DNA from: an uncultured virus (IMG/VR IMGVR_UViG_3300038520_001826)
Taxonomy: Duplodnaviria; Heunggongvirae; Uroviricota; Caudoviricetes
Strand: one strand, 5' to 3'
Virus record (IMG/VR): IMGVR_UViG_3300038520_001826
Length of the DNA stretch: 20,000 bases
A model generated the notes under the pieces. The model had not been told where the DNA came from and searched no databases. It was given only the letters and a program-made list of their open reading frames with translations. Position numbers and translations under genes: made by a program. Shown piece by piece: positions 1 through 7,143 of this stretch (position 1 is its first letter; each line of letters opens with the position of its first letter).

Positions 1-50
1 AAGAGAACTGTTAAGAAAACAAGAAGAAAGAACCAATCCCAGCCTTCCAT
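1..50 (-). CDS. Partial (5' end) small putative membrane protein
   Basis: Hand-translated MEGWDWFFLLVFLTVL..., which runs off the window. Its ATG overlaps the TAA of the upstream exonuclease (TAATG). Hydrophobic stretch. Confidence 0.55.
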   Translation of the reverse strand, partial: MEGWDWFFLLVFLTVL

Positions 51-643
51 TACCAATCAACTCCCAATTCAACAAATTGTTCTTGTTCAACAGAAAATGC
101 TTTAACTAAACCATTATCCTGTCCATACTTCCATAAGTCATACACTAGTTGAGTATCTTTCATACAATACTCTACTACTTCATCATACTTACCCATCTTC
201 CATAATTTAGGTGCATCAGCACTATCCATGAGTTTAGAATCATCCATAGTGCATTTAACTAAATTACTAAGTTGAAACCTTTCACCATGTTCTTTATTTA
301 AGATTCTACTTGTATCAATATACTTCTTTTCATCGAGGTATTTGTTGATACAAAATATATCTAATGAATCTCTAAGAATTGGCAAATCAAATGAAGCAAT
401 ATTGTGTCCTAACAATACTCCGCCCTTTTGCAAATGTTCATCCAAGTCATATTTCAATTCTCTAATAGATTTAATTACATGACCCGATTTAGCAAAAGAA
501 TCAACAGGTTCATCAACATAAACAGTTCCATTATTTCCATCCCATGTAGCAACTGTTGATACTTGAAACATATGAGTATTTCCAAATCCACCGATGTCAT
601 AAGACATATTTTTGGTTTCTAAGTCAATAGCCATTACAGACAT
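50..643 (-). CDS. Stand-alone DEDD/RNase H-like 3'-5' exonuclease (PolB-exo/YprB-like)
   Basis: ExoI AIDLET, ExoII GHNIASFDLP, ExoIII YCMKD. Start placed at MSVMAID (643); the ORF track extends to 664. Confidence 0.85.
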   Translation of the reverse strand: MSVMAIDLETKNMSYDIGGFGNTHMFQVSTVATWDGNNGTVYVDEPVDSFAKSGHVIKSIRELKYDLDEHLQKGGVLLGHNIASFDLPILRDSLDIFCINKYLDEKKYIDTSRILNKEHGERFQLSNLVKCTMDDSKLMDSADAPKLWKMGKYDEVVEYCMKDTQLVYDLWKYGQDNGLVKAFSVEQEQFVELGVDW

Positions 644-648
644 AGTTA

Positions 649-870
649 TCATTCCTGTTGCCAAAGTTTAGAAATCTTCTTTTGCTCATCATCACCTTTA
701 TCTTCTTCAACATCTGTTCTTCTCTTTAAGAAGCAAACGATGTTGTTTCCTGCTACTGTTAGCATAGAACAACATTCCCAACCATCAGCACCATATGTAT
801 CTAAAGATTCAATAATTACTTTTGGCCCTTTTGCTACCTCAAAAACAAGGTATGTGTTTTCCCACTTCAT
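649..870 (-). CDS. DUF4177-like small protein
   Basis: MKWE...ESLDTYGADGWECCS...FLKR matches the recalled DUF4177 pattern (WEY..LN.LG.EGWELV..FKR). Confidence 0.65.
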   Translation of the reverse strand: MKWENTYLVFEVAKGPKVIIESLDTYGADGWECCSMLTVAGNNIVCFLKRRTDVEEDKGDDEQKKISKLWQQE

Positions 871-2321
871 TCTTTTTCATCTCCTTTATATTTTACGAAT
901 ACTGAACGGCCAACCTTATCTTCTTCAAACTTATGAGAAATTGTTTTGTAATAGTTATAAATACTAGGTTGGCTCTTTTTTGTTTCTTTTTGAACTCTAT
1001 CAAGGTATAATTTCTTACTTACAAAGCCTTCTTCGTCTTTTTCCATTTCTAAGAATACCTTAATAAAAGATGGAATCATGCTCTTTTCCTCAAGAGTCTT
1101 GCGTCGAACTCGGAGGCTATCAGTTAGCCAATCCACCAATGACTTATAGCATTGTCGGACAATTGCTGACGCTTGACGGACATTATTGCCCGTTACAATG
1201 AATCGCTTGCTTTTATCCTTAATTGAAGGACTTTGTGCAATAGAACATAATACACTTAACTTCATCAATGTTTCCATTAATCTAGTAGTAAAGTTCCCTG
1301 CAATCTCTTTCACTTCTTTACGCTTGCTTTGAATAAACTCATGCATATTCTCGTATTCAAAAAGCAAAGCATCGTTAAACTCTTTAGAATACGTCATTGT
1401 ATCTAAAGGATTACGCCCTACTTCTTCATATCTTTCCTTTAGGGTCGAATAGATATTAAATATAGCATTGGCAAATCTTTCAATTGGTTGATTAACTTCA
1501 ACATATTTACCTGCCAATGCTATTTGCTCTCTTCTCATCGTGTCTTGAACCTTATCTTCTACCGCCCAAACAAACACTAACATTCTTTGAAGCACACCCT
1601 TTTCGGCCATTACATCCTCTAAGTTCTTTGGAGGATATGTCATTGCCATTACCGAGCGTTCACAGAAACATTCCATTATATCGCCTTCTTTGAGTTTTTT
1701 CGTAATAATCCATGATTCGCCTGCTAAGGTATTCATTAGTGTATTCAAATATACAATGGAACTTTCTTTGTGTTGTGTTGCCTTAAATACTCCAGAATAT
1801 TCAAACTCATCCCAATGAGCCAAACCACTTCCTTCTAAAGCCCCTGCAATTCTTTCCCAATCATCATTGCCATCTTCATCAAATACTTTCTTATAATAAC
1901 CAATAAGAGATGCATCTGTATAATCAACCAATGAAAAGGTATCAAAGATTTTTGGTATTGCAATATCGTTCCTTACTGCTCTAGGGTGTCCTTGATTTTC
2001 ATTTATCTTTCTAAAGACGGATTTAGCAATTGGCCCTACAAAGTTATAAAGAGTTGATTTACCAGTTCCAGATGTTTGAATCCAACAAAAATGGATTCTA
2101 CTATCTGATATATTTCTACCCTTTGGTATTTGCACAAAGTCTTTTGAAACTTGACCTAAAATAGTAAAGAAAGAAATAGCCGCAGGAACTTCATTATAGT
2201 GTGATACTTCTGTTGCTGATTTCTGAAACTCCCTTACAATTGCAGGTAATGATTCTGACATCGTTCTTCTATCTTCAAATACTTCTTCAAGCATTTCTTC
2301 GTTAATTTCTTCTTCATTCAT
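867..2321 (-). CDS. AAA+ ATPase, putative replicative helicase (MCM-related / DUF3987-like)
   Basis: Walker A QTSGTGKS, Walker B HWDE, arginine-finger GVLQRM, sensor-2-like FTTRLMETLMKLS, possible C-terminal winged helix. Lies near the primase. Confidence 0.7.
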   Translation of the reverse strand: MNEEEINEEMLEEVFEDRRTMSESLPAIVREFQKSATEVSHYNEVPAAISFFTILGQVSKDFVQIPKGRNISDSRIHFCWIQTSGTGKSTLYNFVGPIAKSVFRKINENQGHPRAVRNDIAIPKIFDTFSLVDYTDASLIGYYKKVFDEDGNDDWERIAGALEGSGLAHWDEFEYSGVFKATQHKESSIVYLNTLMNTLAGESWIITKKLKEGDIMECFCERSVMAMTYPPKNLEDVMAEKGVLQRMLVFVWAVEDKVQDTMRREQIALAGKYVEVNQPIERFANAIFNIYSTLKERYEEVGRNPLDTMTYSKEFNDALLFEYENMHEFIQSKRKEVKEIAGNFTTRLMETLMKLSVLCSIAQSPSIKDKSKRFIVTGNNVRQASAIVRQCYKSLVDWLTDSLRVRRKTLEEKSMIPSFIKVFLEMEKDEEGFVSKKLYLDRVQKETKKSQPSIYNYYKTISHKFEEDKVGRSVFVKYKGDEKE

Positions 2322-3013
2322 ATTTTCACCTTATCTTCTGAATTTAATACATTAAGTATTCTGTCTGCTAATGTTTTACCAAACCCTTCTAGTTTTTGAA
2401 TTTCAAAACTAGTTTGTTCTCCTATTTCCATAACAGACCCAAAACTATCTATTAACAGTTTTGCTTTTTTATAGGACACTCCTTTTATGCTTGTTAAAAT
2501 ATCTAACCTTAAATCGTCGGTGCTTATTCTTTTAAATATTTGTGGTCTTATATTTTCTCTTTTAATTGGTTGCATTTTACATACTGCTGTAATAATGTCT
2601 GATGCTTCTTCTTCGCTATGAACCCAAAATGGCTTTGCATCCATATCTAATGTTATTCTTCCTAATGCTCCTAAAAATTTATTTCTTAGCATAATTAATC
2701 TTGATTTTACTGGTAATGTGCTTTTTGAGTGTTCAATAATTTTCCAAATTCCTTCTTCTAAATCTCCATATATAATAACAACATTTGTTTGATAGTGTCT
2801 ATCCATATTATCCAATTGTGTCCATAGTCTTTTTGACATTACAGACCCAATAAAATCTTCAACGGACTTCGCTTCAAAACAAACATTATCATATACATAA
2901 TCTCCTATTTCTAACCATTTCTTTTCTGTCTTTATGTTTAATTTTCGTGCTTTATCTTCGACTAACTTTACTAATCTCGAACCTTCTTTTTCTCTACTAT
3001 CAATTATTAACAT
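2318..3013 (-). CDS. ERCC4/XPF-family (Hef-like) structure-specific nuclease with HhH motifs
   Basis: IIDSRE, LEIGDY and FEAKSVEDF (ERKxxxD variant). C-terminal HhH pair IKGVSYKKA and LEGFGKTLA. Confidence 0.9.
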   Translation of the reverse strand: MLIIDSREKEGSRLVKLVEDKARKLNIKTEKKWLEIGDYVYDNVCFEAKSVEDFIGSVMSKRLWTQLDNMDRHYQTNVVIIYGDLEEGIWKIIEHSKSTLPVKSRLIMLRNKFLGALGRITLDMDAKPFWVHSEEEASDIITAVCKMQPIKRENIRPQIFKRISTDDLRLDILTSIKGVSYKKAKLLIDSFGSVMEIGEQTSFEIQKLEGFGKTLADRILNVLNSEDKVKI

Positions 3014-4040
3014 CTGGAAACCTCCAACATTTACCTACACAATAGCCTTCCGATATTAACTTATTACAGAACGGTGTTTTGTAATTACCATTTACTGTAA
3101 ATCTTGCGTGTTTGCGTGTTTCGCTTTCATCCCAATCTAACCACACATCATCTCTTTCTCCAAAAGAAGTTTTGATTTCAGATACAATCATATCAAGGAC
3201 TTTGTTCTTTTCTTCTAACGAATTGAGATTCGTTCCGAGAGTCAATAAATCTCTATACCATGAAACGAGGTATGCTCTCGCCATATGCGAAGGATTCTCC
3301 GTCATTATAGCATTGTGCAAACATGGCAATAGTGGGAGTTTTCCATCATACTTCGGAACGGAAACTTCGCCTTCTACTTCATCTATGGGGGGTTGTTCGG
3401 GAAACTTGACCTTGATATTACCCACCTTTCTGAAAGGAATACTTCTTGGTTTGGATGCTAATACAATCAATTCATCAAGACTTAAAGAAAGGTCATCATA
3501 AAACAAAGGAATACAGAAAAGAGCATTTCCATTCTTATCAGAAGACGACATATTAACAGTATTTGGAACTCGCCTCAAACGAGTCTTTTGCCCTACTCTA
3601 TCATCTAAAGTATTTTCAATCCCAACCTTTTCAATAAGCATATTTTTTATCTCCTTAAAATATGCTTGAATGTTTCTGATATTGTCAGTTCTTTCACCAT
3701 CTAAAAACAAATGAAAACCTCTTCCAGAAAAAAATAAAGTATGGCTAATATTTTGTTCTATTACCCAATCCATTAATACTTTAATATCCCTATACGCATT
3801 TTTAAGGTCGCCATCATGTCCGTCAAAATCCAAAAATATCCTGTCTAGTATTACAGATGAATCAATCTGCGCAGTTTCACTAAAATGCTCAAAATCATAA
3901 ACAGTCGTATAAACATTCGTTCTGTTATTCTGAATTTTTACAAAATTAATGTAGTCATTCTTCGTCAGAACTATTTTTCTTTTCATCTGTGGTGCGTTCT
4001 TTATGTGGCTTCCCGCCCAAACTGCTCTCGGAAATTTCAT
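3000..4040 (-). CDS. Archaeo-eukaryotic primase, PriS catalytic domain fused to PriL-like Fe-S C-terminal domain
   Basis: AEP motifs FLDFD, FSGRGFH and RLRRVPNT. C-terminal Cys set LPCLH...PFCNKL...YCVGKC. Start MKFPR follows a GGAGGT SD. Confidence 0.85.
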   Translation of the reverse strand: MKFPRAVWAGSHIKNAPQMKRKIVLTKNDYINFVKIQNNRTNVYTTVYDFEHFSETAQIDSSVILDRIFLDFDGHDGDLKNAYRDIKVLMDWVIEQNISHTLFFSGRGFHLFLDGERTDNIRNIQAYFKEIKNMLIEKVGIENTLDDRVGQKTRLRRVPNTVNMSSSDKNGNALFCIPLFYDDLSLSLDELIVLASKPRSIPFRKVGNIKVKFPEQPPIDEVEGEVSVPKYDGKLPLLPCLHNAIMTENPSHMARAYLVSWYRDLLTLGTNLNSLEEKNKVLDMIVSEIKTSFGERDDVWLDWDESETRKHARFTVNGNYKTPFCNKLISEGYCVGKCWRFPDVNN

Positions 4041-4326
4041 TGTTACTACCTCCAAAATTTACTGTTGCTTTATCTAGCATATTTCTAATTGTTCCTGCTA
4101 CCTCTGCTCTTAAATGTGTCATGCATAATTCTTTCAATACATCTGGATAATAAGAACCAACCATTGTATCGTTGATTTTAGTTTCCTTGACCATTCCAAA
4201 TCTTTCAATTAGATTCATTTCTGAATATAATTCTGTTGCTAGTTGTTCAATGGAAGATGAAAGATTTGAAATCTCATTGAAAGTCCACGACTTTGCTTTT
4301 ACCTTTAACTCAATCACTTCTTTCAT
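3955..4326 (-). CDS. Hypothetical protein
   Basis: 123-aa ORF with GGAGG SD. Its 3' end overlaps the primase start. Confidence 0.65.
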   Translation of the reverse strand: MKEVIELKVKAKSWTFNEISNLSSSIEQLATELYSEMNLIERFGMVKETKINDTMVGSYYPDVLKELCMTHLRAEVAGTIRNMLDKATVNFGGSNNEISESSLGGKPHKERTTDEKKNSSDEE

Positions 4327-4474
4327 TTTCTGCCTCCATAGTCATTATTTTCATAATAAGAAAATCGCTAAAAGATAATGGCGGTTGGTAATTAAACTTT
4401 ATTTGGTCATACAAATCCTTTAGTTCGATTTTATATTTTACAATCTTATCTTTTGCAACTAATGTTTTTCTCAC
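4310..4474 (-). CDS. Small hypothetical protein (~54 aa)
   Basis: Likely GTG start (VRKTLV...) just after the Cas4-like stop. Fills the gap in the operon. Confidence 0.5.
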   Translation of the reverse strand: MRKTLVAKDKIVKYKIELKDLYDQIKFNYQPPLSFSDFLIMKIMTMEAENERSD

Positions 4475-4478
4475 ATTA

Positions 4479-5384
4479 TCACACCCATGAATCATCTTGT
4501 GCGGCATCACAAATACCAAAATAAGAACAATGAGCGCAAGTCTTGTAAAAGAACTTAGCAGGGAATTGTTCTCTTTCATAGTGATGAATTAACTTAGCAA
4601 TATTATTCATTACAGAAGTCATAGACCTCTTCTTTCTTTCTTCTGCATAAATGTAGTTCGATGCTGGATAATACCAACCCCAATGTGTTACTTTATCATT
4701 AGGGTCAAGACCATTCTTAATCATAACTTCATCTGTTGCATTCTCAATAAGTAATTCATAAAATGCCATTTCTTTTCTCATTGAGGTTCTCTTGTAATCT
4801 TTCCAAGCACCTGTCTTATATTCAAAAGGAACAAGACCACCGTTTTCTTTAAAAATACGGTCAATGATTCCTTGAATATGGATTACATAATCTCTTTGCA
4901 AAGGAAACTTAGGATTGATGTTTGCAGGGATTGTAATTTCTGCATCAAACTTTCCTTCATTACAAACAGGTAAATATTCATGGACTTTACCTTCTGCCTT
5001 TGCTTCAATAAATCGTTGTGCTTCAAGAGAAGCAACAGTCAATGAAATATCATAGTATTCATCAACAGGCATTAATCCTGTGCAATATTCTAGGATTTCA
5101 CTATTGTTCATTTTTTCCGCCTTCTTAACATCAAAGTCATCAAAGAACTTCTCTCTATGATTGTGAAGAACCGTTCCTTTAAGCATCGCTTCGGTTTGGT
5201 CTTGAGGCAACCGTTGAACATAAGAAAAGTCGTATTTCTTTGGACACCAATCAAAAGTTCCCAAAGAAGACTTAGTTATTTTCAAGATAGGCATAGAGGG
5301 GTCATCATAATTTTCGTGATTCCATTGATAAGTGTATTCTCTCATCGAAGAAATCACCGCATTATATTTTTCGTCGTCGTTCAT
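4479..5384 (-). CDS. Cas4-like / RecB-family PD-(D/E)XK exonuclease with 4-Cys Fe-S staple
   Basis: SSLGTFDWCPKKY, GTVLH, GIIDRI, EYKTG and C-terminal CAHCSYFGIC. Confidence 0.88.
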   Translation of the reverse strand: MNDDEKYNAVISSMREYTYQWNHENYDDPSMPILKITKSSLGTFDWCPKKYDFSYVQRLPQDQTEAMLKGTVLHNHREKFFDDFDVKKAEKMNNSEILEYCTGLMPVDEYYDISLTVASLEAQRFIEAKAEGKVHEYLPVCNEGKFDAEITIPANINPKFPLQRDYVIHIQGIIDRIFKENGGLVPFEYKTGAWKDYKRTSMRKEMAFYELLIENATDEVMIKNGLDPNDKVTHWGWYYPASNYIYAEERKKRSMTSVMNNIAKLIHHYEREQFPAKFFYKTCAHCSYFGICDAAQDDSWV

Positions 5385-5385
5385 T

Positions 5386-5550
5386 TTAATCCTTCCTGTC
5401 TTTTATTTCGCATTCAAGAAAATCAATAGTCAAAATAAGGTGGTCAATAAATGAATATTCTCCTAATTGTCCTTCCTCATCTTCAACTAACATTCTTCCA
5501 TAGTGTTCCATCAGTTTTTTCTTTTTCTTTTCTATCTCTTCTCTATTCAT
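5386..5550 (-). CDS. Small hypothetical protein (54 aa, not in ORF track)
   Basis: Hand-translated MNREEIEKKKKKLMEHYGRMLVEDEEGQLGEYSFIDHLILTIDFLECEIKDRKD. It exactly fills the gap between polB-C and the Cas4-like gene. Confidence 0.6.
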   Translation of the reverse strand: MNREEIEKKKKKLMEHYGRMLVEDEEGQLGEYSFIDHLILTIDFLECEIKDRKD

Positions 5551-5551
5551 T

Positions 5552-6439
5552 TTACCACCATTCGTCTAATTTCATTTGTATTTTTCCTGTTCTTATTGAA
5601 GATACATCCCAATTCATCGCTCGATAAATTGGTTCAGCCTTTTTGATTATTTGTTCTGCATAATGTTTGTAGTCAGGCGTGTACCTTTCACATTCATCAT
5701 ATGTTGTTGCAGATACATATTCTACTTCTCTTTGTTCCTTCGTCAAAGGATGTGTATATGTACTATATACGTCTTTAACCTTAAGATATAAATAAGAATC
5801 ATCAAAGGTCATATCTAATTTTTCCCAAGCGTAAAGAATACCTGCAATACCTGAACCAATTGCAGGTCTTTTGTAAGTAGATGTTACAAACCTTTCTGTT
5901 TCTGTTCCGCATTTATCACACCATTTAATTTTAATACATTCTTTTAAGTGGTGTTTCTTCTTACATTCAGGACACTTAAGAATAATTCTATCTTCTCTTA
6001 GACGGCTACGTTTTACAATGTCAGAAGTATTTACTTTACCTTCCATAACTTCATTGTATTTATCAGAAAGATACTTGTTTATTTCTCCCATTGTCTTTTG
6101 TTCGACCCACATCTTCAATACTGTTGTTTGAACATCCTTAGCGAGTTTTGTTTCACTAACACGCTTTGCAGTAAAACCTGTCATTGTAAATTTAGGCTCA
6201 TCGAGCCAAACTCCATCTTCCCAAGATACTAAACCTGCGTTTCGATTCTTTGTTGTTCCAACACCTAATGCAGAATAATACTTTTCAAATTCAAGAACAA
6301 CTGGATGCTGTTCAAGATTCAATACATTAGGAAAGTGTTCACGAACTGAATCTTCAATCTCCTTGATTGCTGATTCAGCCTTTTCAATAGATTCAATCTG
6401 AACATAGATTGAATCTGTATGTCCATAAACTACTTTCAT
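5552..6439 (-). CDS. polB: Family B DNA polymerase, C-terminal subunit (motif C palm + thumb)
   Basis: MKVVYGHTDSIYV, LEFEK, KNRNAG, TGFTAKR and YAEQIIKKAEPI. C-terminal PIP box QMKLDEWW. GGTGAT SD at 6443-6448. Confidence 0.9.
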   Translation of the reverse strand: MKVVYGHTDSIYVQIESIEKAESAIKEIEDSVREHFPNVLNLEQHPVVLEFEKYYSALGVGTTKNRNAGLVSWEDGVWLDEPKFTMTGFTAKRVSETKLAKDVQTTVLKMWVEQKTMGEINKYLSDKYNEVMEGKVNTSDIVKRSRLREDRIILKCPECKKKHHLKECIKIKWCDKCGTETERFVTSTYKRPAIGSGIAGILYAWEKLDMTFDDSYLYLKVKDVYSTYTHPLTKEQREVEYVSATTYDECERYTPDYKHYAEQIIKKAEPIYRAMNWDVSSIRTGKIQMKLDEWW

Positions 6440-6442
6440 AGT

Positions 6443-6448
6443 ATCACC
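6443..6448 (-). promoter_or_regulatory. Shine-Dalgarno GGTGAT for the polB C-terminal subunit
   Basis: GGTGATACTATGAA is identical to the start context at 18481-18494 and complementary to the 16S 3' end (AUCACC). Confidence 0.7.
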
Positions 6449-6638
6449 AAGCGTTTTCAAAATAGATTTTATTATCAGTGTATTGCATCAATTCCTGCTT
6501 AATAGTTTTAATATCCTTAACTAAGTCTGCGAATGTTACATTCTCTTCGTAAAGTTGGCCTATTTCATTTTCAAGCCTCTTTACTGTTTGCTTCAAATTT
6601 GCTATTTCTGCTTTTAATTCTTTAATTTCTTTACTCAT
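6444..6638 (-). CDS. Small coiled-coil protein
   Basis: Heptad pattern IKELKAEIANLKQTVKRLENEIGQL. GGTGAT SD. Confidence 0.7.
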   Translation of the reverse strand: MSKEIKELKAEIANLKQTVKRLENEIGQLYEENVTFADLVKDIKTIKQELMQYTDNKIYFENAW

Positions 6639-6766
6639 AATATCACCGTTACGATTGTTATAATGGTTATAATGTTCACGATATTTACCATCATCAATAT
6701 CTTATTGCTTTTTGCTATCATAGCAAGAAGTTCTTTAAGAAGTTCATTAGTTTTGTCCATCATCAT
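6635..6766 (-). CDS. Small putative membrane protein (43 aa, not in ORF track)
   Basis: MMMDKTNELLKELLAMIAKSNKILMMVNIVNIITIITIVTVIL, with a C-terminal hydrophobic helix. ATGA overlap with the next gene. Confidence 0.6.
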   Translation of the reverse strand: MMMDKTNELLKELLAMIAKSNKILMMVNIVNIITIITIVTVIL

Positions 6767-6908
6767 AAACTTCACTTACCGTTACTATAATAGCGTTCCT
6801 TTTGAGATTGTTCATCATTTGAAATAATTCCTTTACTTCTTGTAAAGTAATATCCCATGTTTCTTCTGTATCATAAGATACTTCAACTGTTACAATTTTC
6901 TTCTTCAT
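6747..6908 (-). CDS. Small hypothetical protein (53 aa, not in ORF track)
   Basis: MKKKIVTVEVSYDTEETWDITLQEVKELFQMMNNLKRNAIIVTVSEVYDDGQN, with a GGAGGT SD upstream. Confidence 0.65.
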   Translation of the reverse strand: MKKKIVTVEVSYDTEETWDITLQEVKELFQMMNNLKRNAIIVTVSEVYDDGQN

Positions 6909-7143
6909 AAATATACCTCCATTTATCTTTTATTACCCAATGTTTAGTCCTTGATTTATTTCCAACAGGGTCAGCATATGGCTTTAGAAGTCGTGCTATT
7001 CTCGCCACTTTATAATACTTACCATGTTCTCTTTTGTAAAAATCAAGTATTTCATCTATTTGAAACTCATCAGGGTTTTCTACTTGTTGTAGAGATTGAA
7101 TTAACTTTTTCTTAATTCTAAGATTTCCTGCACTTCTACCCAT
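6883..7143 (-). CDS. Small basic protein, possible winged helix-turn-helix
   Basis: Pattern of helix / FQIDEILDFY / KVARIARLL / wing ending HWVIK. ATG immediately follows the polB-N stop. Confidence 0.55.
   Translation of the reverse strand: MGRSAGNLRIKKKLIQSLQQVENPDEFQIDEILDFYKREHGKYYKVARIARLLKPYADPVGNKSRTKHWVIKDKWRYIYEEENCNS

Noticed and set aside
4479..5384. CRISPR-Cas locus suggested by the Cas4-like gene
   Set aside because: No repeat-spacer array and no other cas genes are in the window.
6440..7143. Intein, split intein or self-splicing intron in polB
   Set aside because: No N-terminal Cys/Ser intein block, no His-Asn end, and no recognisable group I/II core. PolB-C has its own SD and ATG.
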